Assembly (NCBI GenBank): GCA_963828165.1
Contig: CAWHDR010000001.1
Span: forward strand, 2,528,001 to 2,592,000
Length of the DNA: 64,000 nucleotides
Reading direction: 5' to 3'
Source: an uncultured Chloroflexia bacterium
Lineage (GTDB): Bacteria > Chloroflexota > Limnocylindria > Limnocylindrales > CSP1-4
Positions 19,430-30,894 of the stretch are shown here, piece by piece. A program made the translations under genes and the position numbers. The notes under the pieces were generated by a model. The model was not told the DNA's origin. It saw only the letters and a list, made by a program, of their open reading frames with translations, and did no database searches. Position 1 is the first letter of the stretch. Each line of letters opens with the position of its first letter.

Positions 19430-19795
19430 GTGGCTGCAACCGGCCTGTCCACCGATTCCACCGAGTACCGAACCCGCCTCAACGAGCAGACCGACCAGCA
19501 GATCGACCTGTGGGCGCAGGAGATGATGCGCGACGTGGCCAAGCGTCGGGGCGTCCTTCGGGTCCTCGATGATCTGCGCCGCGCTGCGCGACTCTCGGAA
19601 CGCGATATCGAACGGGTGTTCGCTTCAGGCGATGGACCGCCGGCGGTGATCGGGCGAGACGCCCAGGGCCGCCAGATGATGCCGGCAGTGGCCCTGTACG
19701 CACTCGTCCCCGGACTGCGCGCGGACACCGCCGACGCCCGGGAGCGTCTCATCGACTACCTGGTCGAGAACTTCCACGAGCTCGTCTACGTCTGA
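19430..19795 (+). CDS. hypothetical protein, 121 aa
   Basis: AGGAG RBS before the GTG; helical sequence with coding-like codon usage. Confidence 0.7.
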   Translation: MAATGLSTDSTEYRTRLNEQTDQQIDLWAQEMMRDVAKRRGVLRVLDDLRRAARLSERDIERVFASGDGPPAVIGRDAQGRQMMPAVALYALVPGLRADTADARERLIDYLVENFHELVYV

Positions 19796-20633
19796 CGGGC
19801 CCCTCACCAGGGCCGCGGCGTTCATCCGGCTCGCCCATCCGTTCCCGTCGCTGCTGGACGGCGTCGTCGTCGGCGCGGTCGCCGTCGCCGCCGGTGCGGA
19901 TCTTGGGCGAGCGCTCGGCCTCGGGCTGTCGATGACGGCGCTCCAGGCCTCGATCGGGGCGCTGAACGACATCCGCGATGCTCCCGACGATGCCGGTCAC
20001 AAGCCCGGCAAGCCGATCCCGGCGGGCCTGGTGAGCGTGACGGTGGCCTGGGCGGTCGTGGTCATGGGCGCGGCCTTCGGGATCGCCCTCGGAGCGCTGG
20101 CCGATGTTCGGATCGGGGCGCTCGCGGTCGTCGTGCTGCTCATCGGCTACGGCTACGACCTTCTTGCGAAGGGGACGGCCTGGTCCTGGCTCCCGTTCGC
20201 GCTGGGTATCCCCCTGCTTCCGGTCTACGGCTGGCTGGGTGCCACCGGGGCGCTCCCGTCCTTCTTCGTCGCCCTGCTCCCGATGACGATGCTGGCCGGC
20301 GCGGCGCTCGCCATCGCGAATGCCCGAGCGGATCTGGAACGGGACGTGGGGGCGGGCACCGTGTCGGTCGCCACCCGGCTCGGCGCCGAGAGGTCGTGGC
20401 GGCTGCACGCCGCACTCTGGTCGGTGGTCCTGGTCGTGGGGCTGGGTTCCCTCGCCTTCCGTGGCGTGGGACTCGACCAGATCGTCCCGGTGGCCGCCGC
20501 GGCTGGCCTCATCGGAGCGACCGTGGTCGGGTCGCGCCACGCTCGACCGGCCGTCCGGGAGCGGGCCTGGCAGTTCGAGGCTGCTGGCGGGGGGCTGGCC
20601 CTGTTGGCCTGGCTGGCGGCCGCTGTTCTCTAG
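19782..20633 (+). CDS. UbiA family prenyltransferase (start uncertain)
   Basis: RLAHPFP, NDIRDAPDD...KPIPAG and NARADLERD motifs with multiple TM helices. The first canonical start (19932) lies downstream of apparent N-terminal homology. Confidence 0.8.
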   Translation, partial: SSTSDGPLTRAAAFIRLAHPFPSLLDGVVVGAVAVAAGADLGRALGLGLSMTALQASIGALNDIRDAPDDAGHKPGKPIPAGLVSVTVAWAVVVMGAAFGIALGALADVRIGALAVVVLLIGYGYDLLAKGTAWSWLPFALGIPLLPVYGWLGATGALPSFFVALLPMTMLAGAALAIANARADLERDVGAGTVSVATRLGAERSWRLHAALWSVVLVVGLGSLAFRGVGLDQIVPVAAAAGLIGATVVGSRHARPAVRERAWQFEAAGGGLALLAWLAAAVL

Positions 20634-20775
20634 GGCACAGGCCCGGCGGAGGCAAGACGAACCCGAACGGGACCTTCGTCCTCCCTAACACCGCCCACCG
20701 GCATTCGTTCTCAAGGATGCGGGGTCAAGACCCTGGGGCCGGATGGCCCGCCCCCGCGAATGGAGGCCCGACATC

Positions 20776-21277
20776 GTGCATCGACACACTCGCCACCTCC
20801 GCGGCCTGCTGGTCGCCCTCGCCGCGCTCGTCCTGACAGCGGGAGCGGTGTTCGCAGCCCGTCCGGCTTCGGTCGAAGCCCCACCGGCGGCTGCCGGGGA
20901 TGGACTGACACGCGCATCCGAGGCGGCGGGCAAGACAGTGCCGGTCCGACCCGAGGCGCCGGCCGTGCCCGAGGCCGACGTGGACGATGACGCGGACGAG
21001 ACCGTCCCCGAGGCCGACGAAGTTGAAGCGGCAGCCGACGAGGCCGCGGGCGAACGCCCCGAGAACCACGGCTGGTTCGTCTCCGAGGCGGCGAAGGCCG
21101 AGACCCCCGACGGCTTCGACAACCACGGCGCCTACGTGTCCGAGATCGCCCGCGGTGACGAGGGCAAGCCGGAGGCGGCCACGGCCGCTCGTGACGGCGG
21201 GATCGGCAAAGGCGGAAGCCGCAAAGGCCCGCAAGGCCGAGCGCGCGCCCAAGGGCGCGAAGGGCGGCAACGACTAG
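20776..21277 (+). CDS. secreted acidic protein with two NHGxxVSExA repeats (apparent frameshift near 21190)
   Basis: GGAGG RBS, signal peptide ending AVFA, ENHGWFVSEAA and DNHGAYVSEIA repeats. A Lys/Ala tail continues in the +1 frame to TAG at 21277. Confidence 0.7.
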
Positions 21278-21299
21278 GAACGGTCCTCGACCCCCAAAC

Positions 21300-21332
21300 G
21301 ACGAAGCCGGCGCCATCGGCGCCGGCTTCGTC
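21300..21332. terminator. hairpin between convergent genes, probably a bidirectional terminator
   Basis: GACGAAGCCGGCGCC-atc-GGCGCCGGCTTCGTC, a perfect 15-bp stem. Confidence 0.75.
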
Positions 21333-21354
21333 ATGTCCAGATCGGTTCGGTCGG

Positions 21355-22398
21355 TCAGTCGCGGGGGTCACCTGTCCGGACGATGGCGATCGCGTTCTCC
21401 AGGCGGAGCTTCGCGATCGTGAGGTACTTCGCGAGGTTGGCCCGGTCGATCTCGGTGATCGAGGCCACGGCATCAGGGGAGCGAAGGACGTCGACCAAGG
21501 CATCGAGTGCCTCGCCCAGGTCCTGCTTGGCGTTGACGAGCGAATCGTCGGTGAGCTCCACGGCCGGCCGGGGTGCCGTCTCCGCGACCGCGGCGTCGTC
21601 ATCGATCTCGAGGTCCACATCGTCGTGGCCAACACCGTTGGTCCCATCGAGCCCGTTGCCATCCGCGCCGATGTCGTCGATGACCCGCACCGGCCGAGAC
21701 CGGCGACCCTCGATCTTGTCGCGGAGCTTGATCAGGGTCAGTTCACCACGAGCGACCTGGTCGGCCAGCCTGCGGCGCTTCTTGGGGTCGTCGACCTTCA
21801 TCAGCTCGTAGGCGTGGGACAGGGTGTCTTTGCGCAAGGACACGAGCTCTCGGATCTCCGGCGGCGCATCGGCGAGCCGGAGCCGGTTCTCGAGGTAGCC
21901 CTTGTCCTTGCCCAGCTTGTCGGCAAGCTTGCGGATGCTGTAGCCGTGTTCCCGGACCATCCGGTCGTACATCGCGGCTTCATCGAGCGGCGAGATGTCC
22001 TCGCGCTGGAGGTTCTCGATGATCGAGATCTCCAGGGCGGTGTCGTCGTCGATCTCCTCGATGAGGGCCGGGATCGTCTCGAGGCCGGCCTGCTTCGAGG
22101 CTCGCCAGCGCCGCTCGCCGGCAACGAGCTGGTAGCGGTTCTGGCCGATGGGTCGGACGAGGATGGGCTGCAGGACGCCGTGCTCGCGGATGGAGGCAGT
22201 CAGCTCGTCGAGCGTCTCCTGGTTGAAGGCGAGTCGCGGCTGCTGCGGGTTGGAGTCGATGCGATCGACCGGAACGATCCGGACGCCGACACTGCGCGTC
22301 GGGGAGTCGTTCGACAGGAGGCTGACGATGGCAGGGGAGAGCTCACGCTCTTCCGACAGGCGACGCGCGGCGGTCGCTCGGAAATCAGGCCGTGCCAA
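21355..22398 (-). CDS. parB: ParB/Spo0J family partition protein
   Basis: [25 protein letters not shown] CTPase box, ENLQREDI and a central HTH. Confidence 0.93.
   Translation of the reverse strand: MARPDFRATAARRLSEERELSPAIVSLLSNDSPTRSVGVRIVPVDRIDSNPQQPRLAFNQETLDELTASIREHGVLQPILVRPIGQNRYQLVAGERRWRASKQAGLETIPALIEEIDDDTALEISIIENLQREDISPLDEAAMYDRMVREHGYSIRKLADKLGKDKGYLENRLRLADAPPEIRELVSLRKDTLSHAYELMKVDDPKKRRRLADQVARGELTLIKLRDKIEGRRSRPVRVIDDIGADGNGLDGTNGVGHDDVDLEIDDDAAVAETAPRPAVELTDDSLVNAKQDLGEALDALVDVLRSPDAVASITEIDRANLAKYLTIAKLRLENAIAIVRTGDPRD
21826..21841. repeat. palindrome copy 1 (GTCTTTGCGCAAGGAC), candidate parS
   Basis: One mismatch to GTCTTTGCGCAAAGAC; lies inside parB. Confidence 0.6.
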
Positions 22399-23155
22399 GT
22401 TCGACCACCTCCCGCGCGAGCTCGCGGTACGTACGCGCGGCGTCGCTGCCCCCGGCATAGGTCGTGATGGGGCGTCCCACCAGCGGTGCCTCGCCGAGCT
22501 TCACGGTGTTACGAATGATGCTGCTGAACACGTGGTGATCGCCAACGACCCGGAGCTCGTCGAGCATGTCCCGAGCGAGATTCGTTCGGCCGTCGTAGAA
22601 CGTTGGCAGCAGTCCGAGGATCTTCAGGTCCCGGTTCAGCTTGAGCCGGATCGCGTTGATGACCTTGACGAGGTTCGTCAGGCCCTTCATCGCGTAGTAC
22701 TGGGTCTGGACCGGGATGATCACGCCGTTTGCAGCGACGAGACCATTCACCGTCAGCAACCCGAGGTTCGGCGGGCAATCGATGAGGACGTAGTCGTAGG
22801 CGTCCGCCTGGCCTTCGATCGCGTCACGCAGGATCTGCTCGCGGCCAAGGGCGGTGAAAAGCTCGCCCTCGGTCGATGCCAGGTCGATGTGCGCGGGCGC
22901 GACGTCGATGCCCGCGCTCTCTGTGGGGCGGATGACTTCGGAAAGGGTCGCTCGTCCATCGGCGAGCACGTCAGCCATCGAGCGTTCGACGGTGTTGAGG
23001 TTGATCCCGAGTCCGGCCGTCAGGTTGGCCTGGGGATCCATATCGATGCAGAGGACCCGGAGGCCCTCCTCAGCGAGGGCGCCCGCGAGGTTGATCGCCG
23101 TGGTGGTCTTGCCCACTCCACCCTTCTGATTGGCGATCGCGATCACATTGGTCAC
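22385..23155 (-). CDS. parA: ParA/Soj family ATPase
   Basis: [26 protein letters not shown] and [11 protein letters not shown] motifs. Confidence 0.95.
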   Translation of the reverse strand: MTNVIAIANQKGGVGKTTTAINLAGALAEEGLRVLCIDMDPQANLTAGLGINLNTVERSMADVLADGRATLSEVIRPTESAGIDVAPAHIDLASTEGELFTALGREQILRDAIEGQADAYDYVLIDCPPNLGLLTVNGLVAANGVIIPVQTQYYAMKGLTNLVKVINAIRLKLNRDLKILGLLPTFYDGRTNLARDMLDELRVVGDHHVFSSIIRNTVKLGEAPLVGRPITTYAGGSDAARTYRELAREVVELGTA

Positions 23156-23259
23156 CAGGGCATCACCTCGAATCATCGGCCGGGCTCGCGCGCTCTGCGG
23201 GCGGTTGGGGCGGGGATGCCGTCATGCTACTCCAGCCCGCGCCCCAGCGAACACGCTGG

Positions 23260-23302
23260 TTATCCACACGGATCGCGAGTTGTTCACCATTTCGGTGGAT
23301 AA
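23260..23302. promoter_or_regulatory. DnaA-box cluster upstream of parA
   Basis: Perfect TTATCCACA at 23260-23268, TTGTTCACC at 23280-23288, reverse TTATCCACC at 23294-23302. Confidence 0.65.
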
Positions 23303-23325
23303 GTAGGACCGTATGATGGGCCACT

Positions 23326-23341
23326 GTCCGTGCACAAAGAC
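23326..23341. repeat. degenerate palindrome copy 2 (GTCCGTGCACAAAGAC)
   Basis: Three mismatches to the consensus; in the parA/pccB intergenic region. Confidence 0.4.
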
Positions 23342-23367
23342 GGCCCACCGCAACGGGAGGATCGGCA

Positions 23368-24913
23368 TTGCCGACGAATGAGGAGCGAGCCGCACGCCTC
23401 GATGCGATGCGAGCGGAGTCGATGCTCGGTGGCGGACAGGAGCGCATCGACCAGCAACATGAGCGCGGAAAGCTCACCGCGCGAGAGCGGTTGGAGCTGC
23501 TGCTCGACGCCGGATCGTTCGTGGAGTTCGACGCATTCGTCACGAATCGCAACCCCGACGCCGAGACCGCGTTCCTCGGGGACGGCGTGGTCACCGGCCA
23601 CGGCAAGATCGACGGGCGGCTCGTCTTCGTGTTCAGCCAGGACTTCACGGTCTTCGGCGGATCGTTGTCCGAGGCGTACGCGGAAAAGATCTGCAAGGTG
23701 ATGGACCTTGCGATGAAGGTCGGAGCACCGATCATCGGGCTCAACGACTCGGGAGGCGCCCGCATCCAGGAGGGCGTCGTGTCGCTCGGTGGGTACGCCG
23801 ACATCTTCCTGCGAAACACGTTGGCCTCGGGTGTCGTACCGCAGTTGTCGCTGGTGATGGGCCCGTGTGCCGGCGGGGCGGTGTACTCCCCGGCGATCAC
23901 CGACTTCACGATCATGGTCGAGGGCACGAGCTACATGTTCGTCACCGGGCCGAACGTCGTGAAGGCCGTCACCCACGAGGACGTCGACGCGGAGACGCTT
24001 GGTGGGGCGACGACCCACACGACGCGCAGCGGGGTTGCGCACATCGCGGCCCACGACGAAGCGGAGGCGCTCGGCTTCGCGCGGCGGATCCTCGGGCACC
24101 TGCCACAGAACAATCTCGACGACGCGCCGCGGGGATCGACGTCGGATCCGATCGATCGGCAGGACGCCGCGCTGGATCGGATCGTCCCGGACGACCCGAG
24201 CAAGCCATACGACATGCATCAGGTCATCGAGCTCGTCGTCGACGACGGCGCATATCCTCGAGATCCAGCCGGGCTGGGCGCCGAACATCCTGACGGGCTT
24301 CGCGCGACTCGGCGGGCGCAGCGTCGGCATCGTCGCGCAGCAGCCAGCGGTCCTTGCCGGCGCGCTGGACATCGACGCCTCGACGAAGGCGGCACGGTTC
24401 GTCCGGACCTGCGACTGCTTCAACGTGCCGATCATCACCTTGGTCGACGTGCCGGGTTTCATGCCGGGCGTCGGTCAGGAACACGGCGGGATCATCCGTC
24501 ACGGAGCCAAGCTGCTGTACGCCTACTGCGAGGCGACCGTCCCCAAGCTGACGGTGATCACGCGCAAGGCCTACGGCGGCGCGTACGACGTCATGTCCAG
24601 CAAACATGTTCGCGGCGACATCAACCTGGCGTGGCCCACTGCGGAGATCGCCGTGATGGGCGCAGAGGGCGCGGTCAACATCCTCCACCGCGACACGATC
24701 GCGGCCGCCGCGGACCCGGCTGCCGAGCGCGCCAGGCTCGTTGCCGACTACGAGGAGCGTTTCGCCAACCCATATGCCGCCGCGGCTCGCGGCTACGTCG
24801 ATGACGTCATCAGGCCGTCGGAGACTCGGCCACGGCTCATCGCCGCGCTGGAGATGCTGGCCGACAAGCGCGACACGAATCCACCGAAGAAGCACGGCAA
24901 CATCCCGCTGTGA
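23368..24913 (+). CDS. pccB: acyl-CoA (propionyl-CoA) carboxylase carboxyltransferase subunit, apparent frameshift near 24255
   Basis: [18 protein letters not shown] and [12 protein letters not shown] motifs. Continues in the +1 frame with [14 protein letters not shown] and KKHGNIPL. Confidence 0.92.
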
Positions 24914-26529
24914 CCGCGCCTTCGCGGACGGTGGGGGAGGCCGCGTCTTTGCGCAAAGACGGAGCCCGACCGTTTGTGCGGATCCTCGTCGCGAACCGGG
25001 GAGAGATCGCCCTTCGCATCATTCGCACCTGTCGCGATCTCGGCATAGAGACCGTCGCGGTTTTCTCGGACGCTGATTCCCAAGCGGCTCACGTCGGGGC
25101 GGCCGACTCGGCCGTGCGCCTGGGCCCGGCGCCGGCGACGGAGAGCTACCTTCGCGCCGACGCGATCGTCGAGGCCGCCCTCTCGACGGGTGCCGAGGCG
25201 ATCCACCCCGGCTACGGGTTCTTGTCGGAACGCGCGGCGTTCGCGCGGGCGGTGATCGACGCCGGTCTGACGTTCATCGGACCGGCGCCCGACGCGATCG
25301 ATGCCCTCGGGGACAAGCTGACGGCACGCCGGACGGCGAAGGATGCCGGCGTCCCGGTGGTGCCGGGGACGTACGAGGCCGCGGCTGTCGATCGACCCGA
25401 CGAGGCGGCAGCTGTCGTCGCGGCGGCCGAGGACGTCGGCTTTCCGTTGCTCGTGAAAGCCTCGGCGGGCGGCGGGGGCCGGGGCATGCGACGCGTCACG
25501 AGAGCGGCGGATCTGCCAGCCGCGTTGGCGGCGGGGGCGGCGGAGGCGCTTGCGGCATTCGGCGATGGCGCGGTCTACCTCGAGCGGGAGGTACGCCCGG
25601 CTCGCCATATCGAGGTGCAACTGCTCGGCGACGCGGACGGCACGATCGTGGCCCTCGGGGAGCGCGATTGCTCGATCCAGCGCCGACACCAGAAGCTCGT
25701 GGAGGAATCACCGGCGCCCGGACTGTCACCAGACGAACGAGCCGAGCTGCACGATCTCGCCATCCGCGCTGCGGTCGCGGCGAAGCTCCACAACGCCGCG
25801 ACGGCCGAGTTCCTCTTCGACACCGACCGGCGGTTCTGGTTCCTGGAGGTCAACGCGCGCCTCCAGGTCGAGCACGGGGTGACCGAGCTCGTGACGGACC
25901 TCGACCTTGTCGCAGAACAGCTGTGGATCGCGGCGGGGGCACCGTTGTCGGAGGCGGTCCTGACCGCGGCGGCGAATGCGCTGACCCCGACCCGCCACGC
26001 CATCGAGGTCCGGCTGGCCGCCGAGGATCCGGCCCGCGAATTCGCACCGTCGCCGGGACGCGTGGGGGAGTGGCGGATGCCATCGGGTCCCGGGGTTCGC
26101 GTGGACACGGCGCTCCGTGCGGGGGAGCGCGTGCCGCCCGACTACGATCCGTTGATCGCCAAGATCATGACGGTCGCCCCCGACCGGGGAAGCGCCATCG
26201 ACCGGATGCGGAGGGCGCTGGACGAAGTCGCCGTGACCGGCATCCAGACGACCCTACCATTCGATCGCGCGCTCATGCGCGACCGGGCCTTTGCCGCGGG
26301 CGACCTATCGACGGGCTGGGTGGAGGCGCGCTGGGACGGCGAGACGCGCCGGTCCGAAGCGTTGACACGGGCTGCCCGGGCCGCGGCAGGCGCCGCCGAT
26401 GCGGTGCTCGTCGAAGGTGCCAGGTCCGCCGCGCAAGCGGAGAAGGACCCGTCTTTGCGCAAAGACGGCAGCCCGTCGGCCTGGCGGGACGCTGGCCGCC
26501 AGGCCGCGGCCGATCGCTGGCCTCGATGA
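24910..26529 (+). CDS. biotin carboxylase subunit
   Basis: [37 protein letters not shown] and [12 protein letters not shown] motifs. Confidence 0.95.
   Translation: MTAPSRTVGEAASLRKDGARPFVRILVANRGEIALRIIRTCRDLGIETVAVFSDADSQAAHVGAADSAVRLGPAPATESYLRADAIVEAALSTGAEAIHPGYGFLSERAAFARAVIDAGLTFIGPAPDAIDALGDKLTARRTAKDAGVPVVPGTYEAAAVDRPDEAAAVVAAAEDVGFPLLVKASAGGGGRGMRRVTRAADLPAALAAGAAEALAAFGDGAVYLEREVRPARHIEVQLLGDADGTIVALGERDCSIQRRHQKLVEESPAPGLSPDERAELHDLAIRAAVAAKLHNAATAEFLFDTDRRFWFLEVNARLQVEHGVTELVTDLDLVAEQLWIAAGAPLSEAVLTAAANALTPTRHAIEVRLAAEDPAREFAPSPGRVGEWRMPSGPGVRVDTALRAGERVPPDYDPLIAKIMTVAPDRGSAIDRMRRALDEVAVTGIQTTLPFDRALMRDRAFAAGDLSTGWVEARWDGETRRSEALTRAARAAAGAADAVLVEGARSAAQAEKDPSLRKDGSPSAWRDAGRQAAADRWPR
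24944..24961. repeat. palindrome copy 3 (CGTCTTTGCGCAAAGACG), candidate parS
   Basis: Perfect 18-bp palindrome in the N-terminal extension of the biotin carboxylase gene. Confidence 0.7.
26449..26468. repeat. palindrome copy 4 (CCGTCTTTGCGCAAAGACGG), candidate parS
   Basis: Perfect 20-bp palindrome in the C-terminal linker of the biotin carboxylase gene. Confidence 0.7.
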
Positions 26530-27013
26530 CACGCGCGTCTGGCGGCGGAGCACGACGAGTCACGCTCGCGCCCGCGTCCGCCCACCCGGGCGACGAGCCC
26601 GTGACCATCACGCCGGATCCGACGGCCGATGACCGGTCCGACGTCGTCGTCGGCGCCGTGGGGCCCCTCGATCGTGATGGCCGCCTGGGCGTCGAGATCG
26701 TCGTCGGGGGCTGGCGCTTCGAACTGCTCGTCGAGGACGAGGCCAGGGCCGCCCTCCGAGAGCGTGCCTCGCGTGACCCGACCGCCGGCGGAGCCGCTGG
26801 TGGGCCCCTGGAGATCCGTGCCATCATCCCCGGCAGGATCGCGTCCGTGGCCGTCGCTCCCGGCGACACCGTCGAAGCCGGCCAGACCCTGCTCGCGGTG
26901 GAGGCCATGAAGATGCAGAACGAACTGCGGGCACCACGGGCGGGCACCGTGACTCGGGTGCCCGTCGGCGCGGGCTCCACCGTGGAGCTCGGCGACGTTC
27001 TCGTGGTCCTCGA

Positions 27014-27017
<4 letters not shown>
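26526..27017 (+). CDS. biotin carboxyl carrier protein
   Basis: EAMKMQNEL biotinylation motif; ATGA overlap with the upstream gene. Confidence 0.92.
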
Positions 27018-28711
<1,694 letters not shown>

Positions 28712-28761
28712 ACGCGGGAGCGGAGGCGAACACAGATGACGCACCGACTCGAGCAGGGATC

Positions 28762-29229
28762 GTGAGCGCCGGACGGCCGCTGCCGGCGCGCATCCGATCG
28801 CTCGGCAAGATCCATCACGTGGCCCTCATCGTGGCCTCGATCGAGACCGCCCTGGGTCTGTGGCGCGACATGCTCGGACTCGAGCTCGAGACGATCATGG
28901 ACATCGAGCAGGACCAGGTCCGCATCGCCTTCCTCACGGTCGGGGAGTCCAAGATCGAGCTCGTCGAGCCGACGGACGACACGACGGGCGTGGCCCGCTT
29001 CCTCGCCGCCAAGGGCGAGGGGTTCCACCACGTGTGTTTCGAGGTGCCGAACCTGACGGAGACGCTCCTGCGGCTCGAGATGGACGGCCTCGAGCTGATC
29101 GACACGGCACCGCGCAAGGGCGCCGAGGGGCCCGTGGCCTTCATCCATCCGCGCTCGTGCCACGGAGTGCTGGTCGAGCTGATCGAGGCTCCCGGTGGAC
29201 CCGCCTGGACGGCGCTCGGGTTCGGCTGA
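28762..29229 (+). CDS. mce: methylmalonyl-CoA epimerase
   Basis: [24 protein letters not shown] and [14 protein letters not shown] motifs. Confidence 0.9.
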   Translation: MSAGRPLPARIRSLGKIHHVALIVASIETALGLWRDMLGLELETIMDIEQDQVRIAFLTVGESKIELVEPTDDTTGVARFLAAKGEGFHHVCFEVPNLTETLLRLEMDGLELIDTAPRKGAEGPVAFIHPRSCHGVLVELIEAPGGPAWTALGFG

Positions 29230-29279
29230 GCTATCCTCGGGCGGCAACCATCCCGCAGCGCAATCCGGAGGAGCCCTCG

Positions 29280-29600
29280 ATGATCATCTCCACGACGCCC
29301 ACCCTCGAGGGACGCCCGATCGCCGAGTACCGCGGCCTGGTGACAGGGGAGGCGATCCTGGGCGCGAACATCTTCAAGGACCTGTTCGCCGGCATCCGTG
29401 ACATCGTCGGCGGGCGCTCGGGTGCCTACGAGCAGGAGCTCAACAAGGCGCGCTCGATCGCCGTCGAGGAGATGACGGCCGCCGCGGTCGCGCTGGGCGC
29501 CGACGCGGTCGTGGGCGTGGACCTCGACTACGAGACCGTCGGCCAAGGCGGCTCGATGCTGATGGTCACCGCCTCGGGCACGGCGGTCCGCCTGGGCTGA
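29280..29600 (+). CDS. YbjQ/UPF0145 family protein
   Basis: [24 protein letters not shown] and VTASGTAV motifs. Confidence 0.92.
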   Translation: MIISTTPTLEGRPIAEYRGLVTGEAILGANIFKDLFAGIRDIVGGRSGAYEQELNKARSIAVEEMTAAAVALGADAVVGVDLDYETVGQGGSMLMVTASGTAVRLG

Positions 29601-29639
29601 CAGCCGGCAGAGAGCCCGGGGTCATGCGACGGGCGACTT

Positions 29640-29906
29640 TCAGTCGCGGAAGGCGCGCGAGTTCTTGGTTCGCTCTTCCTTCGAGGGCTTGGGCTCGCGT
29701 CCCGGGCGCGGCGGTCGCGGCGGCGTGCCCGGCGCCATCGGGGGCGGCGGCTCGACCGGGCCGCGGGCCCGAGCGGCCTGGACGGCGGTCGTGAAGGCCT
29801 TGGCCGTGTCCGGGGCGAGGCTGCCCAACCAGGCGGCCTCGATCTCCTTGACCCGAATGGTCTCGGCGGCGCGTCGTTCGCGCTCGGCGCGGGAGTGCTT
29901 GGTCAT
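29640..29906 (-). CDS. small hypothetical protein, 88 aa, Pro/Arg-rich tail
   Basis: GAGGA RBS; fills the gap downstream of sucD. Confidence 0.6.
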   Translation of the reverse strand: MTKHSRAERERRAAETIRVKEIEAAWLGSLAPDTAKAFTTAVQAARARGPVEPPPPMAPGTPPRPPRPGREPKPSKEERTKNSRAFRD

Positions 29907-30009
29907 CGGTCGTCCTCGATAGCTCTGGAAGATGGGCCGGACGGGTTGACGTCTTCCGTCCGTGAAAAGCTCGAATGGGAAGTGTACGCCCGATCAGCCG
30001 GGCGCCGGC

Positions 30010-30894
30010 TCAGCCGCGGTAGCCGGCGTCGCGCAGCAGGCCCGGCAACTCGGTCGGGGAGCCGGCGACGCGGAACCCGGCCGCCTCGAGTGCCTCCACC
30101 TTGGAGGCCGCCGTCCCTGCGCCGCCGCTGATGATCGCCCCGGCGTGGCCCATGCGCTTGCCCTCGGGTGCGGTCCGGCCGGCGATGAACGCGACCTTGG
30201 GCACGTCCCGGAGGTGCTCGCCGGCCCAGGCCGCGGCCACCTCCTCGGATGCGCCACCGATCTCGCCGATGAGCACGATCGCATCGGTCTCGTCGTCCGC
30301 CGCGAACAGTTGGAGCACGTCGAGGAAGGTCGTGCCGATGATGGGATCTCCACCGATCCCGACACAGGTCGACTGGCCGAGTCCGGCGTCCGTCATCGCC
30401 TGGACGGCCTCGTAGGTCAGCGTGCCGGACCGGCTCACGACGCCGACCCGGCCCTCCCGATGGATGTCGCCCGGGATGATCCCGACCTTGGCCCGGCCCG
30501 GGGACGTCGCGCCAGGACAGTTCGGGCCGATGAGGCGGGCGCCGCGGGCGCGCACGACCTCCACGGCGGGGATCATGTCGAGCGCCGGGATGCCCTCCGT
30601 GATGCAGAAGATCGTGGCGATCCCGGCCGTGGCGGCCTCCATGACCGCATCCGGGGCCCCGGCGGCCGGGACGAAGATCAGGGACGTGTTCGCGCCGGTC
30701 TCGCGGACGGCTTCGGTGACGGTATCGAAGACGGGGACCGCGCCGTCGAGGGCGGTCTGGCCGCCCTTGCCCGGGGTCACGCCCGCGACGATGTTCGTGC
30801 CGTACTCGAGGGACGCCTGAGCGTGGAATCCGCCCTCCCGCCCGGTGATGCCCTGCACGACGAGGCGGGTCTCGCGTCCGACGAGGATGCTCAT
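30010..30894 (-). CDS. sucD: succinyl-CoA synthetase alpha subunit
   Basis: [21 protein letters not shown] and MGHAGA motifs. Confidence 0.97.
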   Translation of the reverse strand: MSILVGRETRLVVQGITGREGGFHAQASLEYGTNIVAGVTPGKGGQTALDGAVPVFDTVTEAVRETGANTSLIFVPAAGAPDAVMEAATAGIATIFCITEGIPALDMIPAVEVVRARGARLIGPNCPGATSPGRAKVGIIPGDIHREGRVGVVSRSGTLTYEAVQAMTDAGLGQSTCVGIGGDPIIGTTFLDVLQLFAADDETDAIVLIGEIGGASEEVAAAWAGEHLRDVPKVAFIAGRTAPEGKRMGHAGAIISGGAGTAASKVEALEAAGFRVAGSPTELPGLLRDAGYRG

